The notes below the pieces were generated by a model, which saw only the letters and a program-made list of their open reading frames with translations, did not search any database and had not been told where the DNA came from. A stretch of DNA of 11,174 bases from Fonticula alba ATCC 38817. Lineage: Eukaryota; Protista; Nucleariida. The position numbers and the translations under genes were made by a program. Below are positions 1 to 6,769 of the stretch, in pieces; position 1 is the stretch's first letter; each line of letters opens with the position of its first letter. The stretch lies in the NCBI GenBank assembly GCA_000388065.2, contig KB932210.1. One strand, 5' to 3'.

Positions 1-40
<40 letters not shown>
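1..40. repeat. G40 homopolymer at the window edge (poly-C on the minus strand, inside the putative intron of the 106..314 gene)
   Basis: Read directly. The length may be unreliable near a contig end. Confidence 0.85.
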
Positions 41-42
<2 letters not shown>

Positions 43-105
43 CCGATGCGAGGGCAACAGCAGGCAAGGGGCAAAGCATCGGCACAGCCGACCGGGCGCA
101 CGTAC

Positions 106-314
106 CCTGTGATGGACCGCGACCAGGCCCGAGTGAAGCTCTCCCGAATGGAGCCCGGCGGCACGGCATTTCGGGGGAGCAGCTGGCTGACGGTCTCCGC
201 GGTGATGATCGACGCCTCGACGGCCGACGGCAGGGCCTCGGCCCCCGGGGCGGCGGCAAGCCCATCGGCATCCGCCGGGATGACCACGGCGTCGCCGTAC
301 TCGAGCGTGCTCAT
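106..314 (-). CDS. Probable first coding exon of an unidentified minus-strand gene (MSTLEYGDAVVIPADADGLAAAPGAEALPSAVEASIITAETVSQLLPRNAVPPGSIRESFTRAWSRSITG...), continuing beyond the window start
   Basis: ATG at 314..312, mostly G/C-ending codons over 69 codons, and a phase-2 donor GG|GTACGT at 105 (same hexamer as flippase intron 2) followed by a pyrimidine-rich tract and poly-C. It is absent from the ORF track because the frame runs off the window. No recognisable domain. The pyrimidine tract before the ATG means it could instead be an internal exon. Confidence 0.62.
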
Positions 315-508
315 TGAGGGGGCAAGGGGGAAGGGGGCAAAGCACAAATAACAGAGGGGGGAAGGGCGGGGGATACCGGCCAGCGGGGAGGAAGGAAGGG
401 AGTCTCTTGCCCGCAAGCGGACCCGGGCCCGGCCCCGGGCGAAGGCACCCCCCGATGAGATGCGGTCCGTGCGGCAGTGGCCGAGGGAAGATGCGCCAGG
501 GGTAAGGC

Positions 509-581
509 TGTGTGTGTGTGTGGCTCGTGCGCGCATTCCACGCGCCTGCTGCATGGCCGTGCGCGCGCGCGCGCGCGTGCA
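509..581. repeat. (TG)7 at 509..522 and (GC)8 at 561..576 within an alternating purine-pyrimidine tract (558..581)
   Basis: Read directly from the sequence. Confidence 0.9.
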
Positions 582-1009
582 GGGTGCCCCCTCCTCCTTC
601 TTCCCCGATGGTCTGTCGCCGCCCCCCCAGTGCCACAGGGCGTCCCCGGGGCCCTATCCACGCGCTGGCGCGGGGTCTTCCGGCCGTCGGCTGCCCCCTT
701 CCGCGGCCCGGCACGGCCGGGGCCCCTTCTGCAGCCGCCCCCATATGACGAGTTCCCCCGGGGCGACCGTCCCCCGCCCCCGCCGCCCGCCCTTGCGCTC
801 GCCCGCGCCAGCCCGCCGCCCGCCGCCAACCAAGCAGATTGTCAATAGAAATCCAGATACCGCCGTATCGACGCCGATCCCGTGACGGCGTCACGCGCGA
901 CGCCGCGGTCAACCCACAATTGCTCCTGCGCGCTTGCTCGGCGCCGCACAGGCGTTCCGTCAGCCGGGCCCGGGGCCGGGAAGCTCCGACCTTGAGGGGC
1001 ACCAAGACA

Positions 1010-1010
<1 letters not shown>

Positions 1011-1058
<48 letters not shown>
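1011..1058. repeat. (CA)24 microsatellite
   Basis: Perfect dinucleotide repeat read directly from the sequence. Confidence 0.98.
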
Positions 1059-1064
<6 letters not shown>

Positions 1065-1861
1065 ACTGGACGAGCGCCGGGCCGTCCCGCACAGCCCCCC
1101 GCTGCGCCGCGCCTTGCGGGAGGTTTTCCAGACCCAACCCGGCAAGGGGGCCGAGCGGTGGAGGACAAATGCCCGCCCAGCACACCCTCGGATCTGTCCT
1201 TCCCCGGCGAAGGGCAGGGCCAGTGTGCCTGAGAGCAGGGGAAAAAGAGCCCAAGAAGAGGGAAGAATGTCTATTCGCAGGGCGGGGCGACAGGAAACAG
1301 AGGGGGAGAGGGAGAGAAGGGCACCACGCCCGGTGCTGCATGCTGCACAGCAGCCGGGCGGAGCAGTGGGGGGAAGAACTAAACAAGGGGGAGAACAAGG
1401 ACAAAGGAAGGGGGAGAGGCATGAAGCGTGATGCGCGCCGACGCGTGGACGGCTCGCCGCTAGCCGCACTGCCGCTGCCGCTGCGGCCCGGGGAGGAAAA
1501 GGGGGGAAGAGAGAAATACAGCAGAAGGGAAAGAGAGCCCGCGACAGGAGGGGAGGGGGATTACCAGCAGGGAACTGTGTGCGTGAGGTGTGCACCGAGC
1601 ACCACAATAAAGGGGGCGGGCGGCTGGCCCGGCGCCCCCCCTTGCGTGCGCGCGCGCACAACCCCCTCCCCTCGCTGCCGCCTCCGGCCCCCCGCGCCGC
1701 CTGGCGCACACATGTGCATTTGTTGCATGTGCACCGCCGCGCGGGAGGGAGGGGGGAAGGGGAGGAAGAAAATGGGGGAGAAAAGAAAGGAAGGACGCCA
1801 AGTACATGGGGGAGAAGAGGGGAGGTGGGGTGACGAAGGGGACTTGCGCAGCCCGCCCCCC

Positions 1862-4800
1862 TTACCGGGGAGGAGCACCGCCATGGGCCATGTGCGACAT
1901 CACATCGAGCGACTCGTCGGTCGACGTCAGGAAGGACGTCGACCCGTTCTGCGTCGTGAAGGAGGACCCGTCGGAGGAGCTGCTCCAGACGGACGAGCCG
2001 CTGGAGTCGGAGGAGCTGCTACCGTCGTCATCGTCGCCGCTGCTGCTGTCGCTGTCGCTGCTGTGCAGCGGCGAGATGGACATCCGCCGGCCGGTGGCAT
2101 CACCGCCACCGCCGGCCGCCGCCGGGACGCTCACCACCACCACCACCTCGTCGCCGCTGCTGGCCAGAATCTCGCGCGTGCTCTCGGCAGCCAGAGACTC
2201 GTCCGCCGGGTCCGCCGGGGCGGCGGCGGCGGCGGGCGGCGGCGGCGGCTGCTGCCCGGCCGGCGAAGGGGTCATCATCCCCGCCGCGCCGGCCGCAGCC
2301 GGTCCACCACCGGCGCCATGGGCATCATCGGCATCACCGCCAGCAACGCCCTGGCCACCAGCACCATCATCATCGCCGTCGGACGGCGGCGGCTGCTGCT
2401 GCCCGGTAGTCAGGATGGCCGCCTCAGCGATGTCGGGCAGATGCTGCTGCTTGGGGCCGGCGGCCGTGGCGGCGGCGGCGGCGATTGCCACCGGCGCGAC
2501 GCCGCCACCGCCGCCGATATCGCCATCGGCGCTGCTGGCACTGCTGGCGCTGCTGGAGAAGGCCGAGGACTTGTGCTCGGACAGGGGCGTCCCGGTGGCC
2601 AGCATCACATCCACCGCCGGGCCGCCGCCGCCACCGGCAGACCCGGCCACCAGGGCGGCCTCCTTGCCGGACCCCAGCAGCAGGGCCTCCTTGCTCGTGT
2701 GGCCTGCCACCATGGACACGCAAACCCGATGCCCACACGGGGCCCCGACCAGGGCCCCCGGGCAGTGGCACTCGCTCTTCAACAGGGCCAGCGCATCCAT
2801 CGAGCACACCACCATCGCGCGGCTGGACAGCGCCCCGGCCGCCAGCTCGTCCTGATCCTCCCGCGAGGGGACCACCGGCAGGAGGGTCAGCTCCCCGGTT
2901 TCCAGGAACCCATCGGCCAACGGGCAGGACAGGTGCTGGCCCGAGCGCTCCAGCTCCCGGACCAGCTGCTGGTCATCCGGCAGGAAGACAATCGAGAAGG
3001 AGCAATACACCAGCCGCGGCAGGATGCCAGTCACCAGGACCAGCAGCAGCACCAGCCAGAAGCCCGGCGTGCTGAAGGCATTCGGCATGACGCCATACAG
3101 ATCGAAGAAGAAGACAATCGGCAAGTAGGCCGCCACCACATGGTACACCAGGAAGATGGCCGCCGACAGGACAATCCCCGAAGCACCGAGCCAGGACATG
3201 TGGTTGGTTTGCAGGGTGAAGGTCACCAGGCAGCAGCCCACAATGCAGGAGATCAGCACAAACCCGGCATCCACCTGGTCAATGGTCCGACCATCGGCCG
3301 ACGTCACCGCGGCCAGCTCATCCGCCAGCATCATGAAGTACACCGTGAAGCAGACCAGCCCCTGGAACAGGCCGTCCAGGCAATTGAGCCAGAACATGCG
3401 CGTGGAAAAGCGCTTGTGGTAGTCGCGATACAATTGCGGGAAGAGCAGCGCCGCTTGCGAGGTATTCGGCTGGTCGAAGATGGCCACCACAATCGGCGGC
3501 AGGCAGGTGAAGGCCAAATTGTAGAACATCTGATACGAAAAGTGGTACATCATCTGCGCCGAGGCCATGGACACAATTTGGTACATGAACATCGGGAAGG
3601 TCAGGGTGAAGTTCTTCTGGAAGAAGAGGTACATGGCCTCGGTCATGCGGCTGTACGACCACCGGCCATGGACCAGCAGCAGCCGCCGCAGGAAGCGGAA
3701 CCGCGCCAGGCTGTAATCCGACGCGGCCACCGCCTGGCGGCCCTCATTGCCGCTGATGCCGACACCGATGTGCGCCGTTTGGATCATGCTCACGTCATTG
3801 GCACCATCGCCAATGGCCAGGGTCAGCCCCCGGCGCATGTCCGACTCCTTGACCAGGCGCACGATCTCCGCCTTTTCCAGCGGCGAAATCCGACAGCAAA
3901 TGACCGACCGGAAGTGCTGCGCCAGCCGCAGGAACCGGTCCTGGTGCTGGGCCAGCCCCTCGAAGAAGGTCCCATCCAGCACGGCCACATGCCCGGAGGG
4001 GGAGGAGGCGGCACCCTCGCCGGCCGAGCTGGCCGCCGCCATCACCGCCGCCTCGGCCTGGCTCAGGAGCTGGTCCATGCTCGGGGCCTCGGCACCGGGG
4101 CCCGTCAGCGCATCGGCATCCAGCCGGAACTCCGCCGCCAGCTCCGCCAAAGCACCCACATCCCGGGTGATCGGATGCAGCATGTCCCCCGGCCGGATGA
4201 GCCGGCAGGCGGTGGCGATGTTGACGGCGGTGGTGCACTTGTCGCCGGTCAGCACCCAGACATTCATGCCGGCCAGTTGCAACTGCTCCAGGGCCTCCGG
4301 CACGCCGTCCTGCAGGCGATCCTCGATGGCCGTCACGCCCAGCAGCGTCAGGTCGGTTTCCAGCTCGCGAGTCAGCCGGCCGAGCAGCGCATCCCGCCGG
4401 CCGGACCCATCATCCGCCTCGGCCAGGGCAGCCTGATACCGAGCCATCCAGGCATCGAAGTCCGCCCGGCGCATGGCCCGATACCCGATGCACAGGGTCC
4501 GCAGGCCGATCTGGCTGTACTGGTGGAGCCCATGCCGCGCGGCGGCCACCGCCTCCGGGTCATTGCGCCCGGCGGCGGTCGACAACCGCGGCAGGATCGA
4601 ACTGTCGTCCCCCTTGCTGTAGACATAAACCATGTCCTCGGCCCCGGGGCCGGTCGCCGCCGTCGCCCCCGCCGGGGTCACCACCACCGACATCATCTTG
4701 CGCGTCGAATCGAAGTCCACCTGGTGCAGCTGGTTGAAGCGCCGGACTTGCGACCCGAGGACCGTCACGCTGACCGTGTCGCGATCGCGCTCCCGGAAGA

Positions 4801-6769
4801 CATACCCAAAGTTCTTGGCCGCCTTGACGAGACTCGTCTCATCGGAGGACGACCCGCTGTAGGCAATCCGGAAGGCCGCATCGTCGCCGGAATAGTCGTG
4901 CGGCTGCGCGGCCGCCGCCACCATCGACGGCGAGGGGGGCACCATGCCGGCGACCCCGGCCCCGGCCCCGGCCCCGGGCCCGGCCTTGCTGCTGGCCGCC
5001 CGATGCCGGCACCGCCCATGCAGCGGATCATCCCCGATGGTCGGATCGTCGTCATCGCTGTCGGTGGGGCTGCTGCTGCCGCGCGACCCGACCGACCCCG
5101 TGTCCCCGCCGATGACGGCCAGGCCGTCGGCCGGGTGGTGATGATGATGCCGGTGGCCGGCCAGACACCCATCATCGCCAGCATGATGGTGATGATGCTG
5201 GCCATCCGCCCGGTCGTCGGCCTCCCCGCCATGGGGCAGGAGCTCCGACTGCACCGAGTGGCACAGGGCCAGGGCCAGTTGGAATTCCGCCAACACAGCC
5301 ACATGGTACTGGTCCGGGGTCAGGCGCTCGGCCGCCTCGGCCAGCGAAGACCACCGGAGGTCGTACGACTGCATCAGATGCTCGGCCATGTGGCGATCGG
5401 CGAAGTGGAAATCCGAGTCGATGTGCGCCGCGAAGCAGGGGTTCTGCCGGTTTTGCACCTGCCAGCTGGGCGGCCCGGACACCGTCTCAATGAGAACCAT
5501 CTCCCCGCTGGGGCTGAGCACCGACATCGGCAGCAGGACATCCTCCGGGTGGTGGTCGGCCACCATCCCGGGCAGGAAGCCGCCGGCCGCCGCCGCCGCG
5601 CGCCGGGTGGACGCCACGCCGCGCTCCAAATCCGGCGCCTGCCGCGAGGGGTCCGCCTGCAGGTAGTCCGTCATGCGGTCCAGGCTGGGGCTGGACCGGG
5701 TCCGGCGCAAGTCCGCCGAACTCTCCATCCCATAGGCCCGGCCATTGACCGTGCAAAAGCGGAAGCGCATCTCATTGGTGGTCAGGGTGCCGGTCTTGTC
5801 GGTGAAGATATACTCAATTTGGCCCAGATTGTCGTGGATATTCCACGACCGGGGGATGCACCGTTCGCCGGTCTTGCGGTGCTGCAGCGCATCATCCTCC
5901 CGGATGAAGTACGACTGCATGAGGCGGATGAATTCCAAACTGGCATACAGGGCAATCGGCACGATGTTCTGCGTGATGATCATCATGGTGAAGACCGCCA
6001 TGAAGCCCACCAGCCCGGGGCTGGTCCAGCGCAGCGACAAGAACGGCACCGGCGGCTGGATGTCCAGCAGGTGGGCCATGCGCACGCCATGCACCACGCC
6101 CACCACCACGCACAGGAGCACCGTGCATGTCAGGAGAACCAGGATTTGCCGGTTGAGAATCCGGTCCATGGAGGTGCGCTTGTGTGGCCGGAGGCTGGTG
6201 TGCTTGACGATGCGCGTGGAGGTGCCCACATACAGGGCCACGCCGATGACCCACTCGGTGGTCCGCAGCGACGACCCGCGCAGGGCCACCGACGAGATGT
6301 TGAAGGGGGTGGTGGTGCCGGTGCCGGTGGCGCCGCCCACATGGATGACGCCCTCCAGGCTGTTCATGTCGTACGAGGGGGCCGGCACGGACACCCGCAG
6401 CCCCGGGCCACGGAGCATGGCCGCCAGGGTGATCTGGCTGCGCAGGCCGGAGGTGACCCGCGGCGCGAAGCGCGGCTTGAGATTGGTCTCGCCATCGAGG
6501 CTCTTGGTTTCCACGAAGAAGGCCCCGGTCGGGGCCTCGCCGTCGCTGGTGGCCAGGATCAGCATGTCCGCCGGGAAGGTTTCATTCTTGCCCACCAGCA
6601 GGATGTCCCCGCGGCGGATGTCACGCCAGTGGGTCTCGACAAAGAGCCCGTCCACGAACTTGTGCGTGGCCGAGTAGTTGACCGACCGGTCGATCCGGTG
6701 GCGCTTGATGTCCTCGTAGAGGTCCTTGACGGCGGCCGACACGAGGACAATCACCAAGGGCAGGGGGGT
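1862..6769 (-). CDS. P4-ATPase exon 3 (1636 codons including TAA): TM2, A domain, TM3-4, P/N domains, TM5-10 and C-terminal tail
   Basis: Uninterrupted frame of ORF 1862..6940 from the acceptor CACACAG|ACC at 6770, carrying all catalytic motifs in the expected order. The 3' boundary is uncertain because the TAA overlaps a GTAAG donor-like site. Confidence 0.93.
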   Translation of the reverse strand, partial: TPLPLVIVLVSAAVKDLYEDIKRHRIDRSVNYSATHKFVDGLFVETHWRDIRRGDILLVGKNETFPADMLILATSDGEAPTGAFFVETKSLDGETNLKPRFAPRVTSGLRSQITLAAMLRGPGLRVSVPAPSYDMNSLEGVIHVGGATGTGTTTPFNISSVALRGSSLRTTEWVIGVALYVGTSTRIVKHTSLRPHKRTSMDRILNRQILVLLTCTVLLCVVVGVVHGVRMAHLLDIQPPVPFLSLRWTSPGLVGFMAVFTMMIITQNIVPIALYASLEFIRLMQSYFIREDDALQHRKTGERCIPRSWNIHDNLGQIEYIFTDKTGTLTTNEMRFRFCTVNGRAYGMESSADLRRTRSSPSLDRMTDYLQADPSRQAPDLERGVASTRRAAAAAGGFLPGMVADHHPEDVLLPMSVLSPSGEMVLIETVSGPPSWQVQNRQNPCFAAHIDSDFHFADRHMAEHLMQSYDLRWSSLAEAAERLTPDQYHVAVLAEFQLALALCHSVQSELLPHGGEADDRADGQHHHHHAGDDGCLAGHRHHHHHPADGLAVIGGDTGSVGSRGSSSPTDSDDDDPTIGDDPLHGRCRHRAASSKAGPGAGAGAGVAGMVPPSPSMVAAAAQPHDYSGDDAAFRIAYSGSSSDETSLVKAAKNFGYVFRERDRDTVSVTVLGSQVRRFNQLHQVDFDSTRKMMSVVVTPAGATAATGPGAEDMVYVYSKGDDSSILPRLSTAAGRNDPEAVAAARHGLHQYSQIGLRTLCIGYRAMRRADFDAWMARYQAALAEADDGSGRRDALLGRLTRELETDLTLLGVTAIEDRLQDGVPEALEQLQLAGMNVWVLTGDKCTTAVNIATACRLIRPGDMLHPITRDVGALAELAAEFRLDADALTGPGAEAPSMDQLLSQAEAAVMAAASSAGEGAASSPSGHVAVLDGTFFEGLAQHQDRFLRLAQHFRSVICCRISPLEKAEIVRLVKESDMRRGLTLAIGDGANDVSMIQTAHIGVGISGNEGRQAVAASDYSLARFRFLRRLLLVHGRWSYSRMTEAMYLFFQKNFTLTFPMFMYQIVSMASAQMMYHFSYQMFYNLAFTCLPPIVVAIFDQPNTSQAALLFPQLYRDYHKRFSTRMFWLNCLDGLFQGLVCFTVYFMMLADELAAVTSADGRTIDQVDAGFVLISCIVGCCLVTFTLQTNHMSWLGASGIVLSAAIFLVYHVVAAYLPIVFFFDLYGVMPNAFSTPGFWLVLLLVLVTGILPRLVYCSFSIVFLPDDQQLVRELERSGQHLSCPLADGFLETGELTLLPVVPSREDQDELAAGALSSRAMVVCSMDALALLKSECHCPGALVGAPCGHRVCVSMVAGHTSKEALLLGSGKEAALVAGSAGGGGGPAVDVMLATGTPLSEHKSSAFSSSASSASSADGDIGGGGGVAPVAIAAAAATAAGPKQQHLPDIAEAAILTTGQQQPPPSDGDDDGAGGQGVAGGDADDAHGAGGGPAAAGAAGMMTPSPAGQQPPPPPAAAAAPADPADESLAAESTREILASSGDEVVVVVSVPAAAGGGGDATGRRMSISPLHSSDSDSSSGDDDDGSSSSDSSGSSVWSSSSDGSSFTTQNGSTSFLTSTDESLDVMSHMAHGGAPPR

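Noticed and set aside
1-1479. Stop-free minus-strand frame from 1479 to the window start as a long extra flippase exon (via a direct 1865-to-1481 splice)
   Set aside because: After a short GSGSAASGE stretch it reads through pyrimidine tracts, the microsatellite and, out of frame, the 106..314 exon, and it never reaches a stop.
1606-1611. AATAAA hexamer
   Set aside because: It is on the plus strand, opposite to the flippase, and no plus-strand gene upstream is supported. It is probably the complement of a U-rich 3' UTR patch.
2555-2580. KSSAFSS in the tail as a GYAFS/GFAFS autoinhibitory motif
   Set aside because: Only AFS matches, it sits in a Ser-rich run, and it lies about 145 aa after TM10, further than I recall for Drs2/ATP8.
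1806-6677. Many shorter ORFs overlapping exon 3 on both strands (e.g. 1806..2855, 3747..4436, 5745..6677)
   Set aside because: They are off-frame or antisense readings of a GC-rich CDS, with no recognisable domains.
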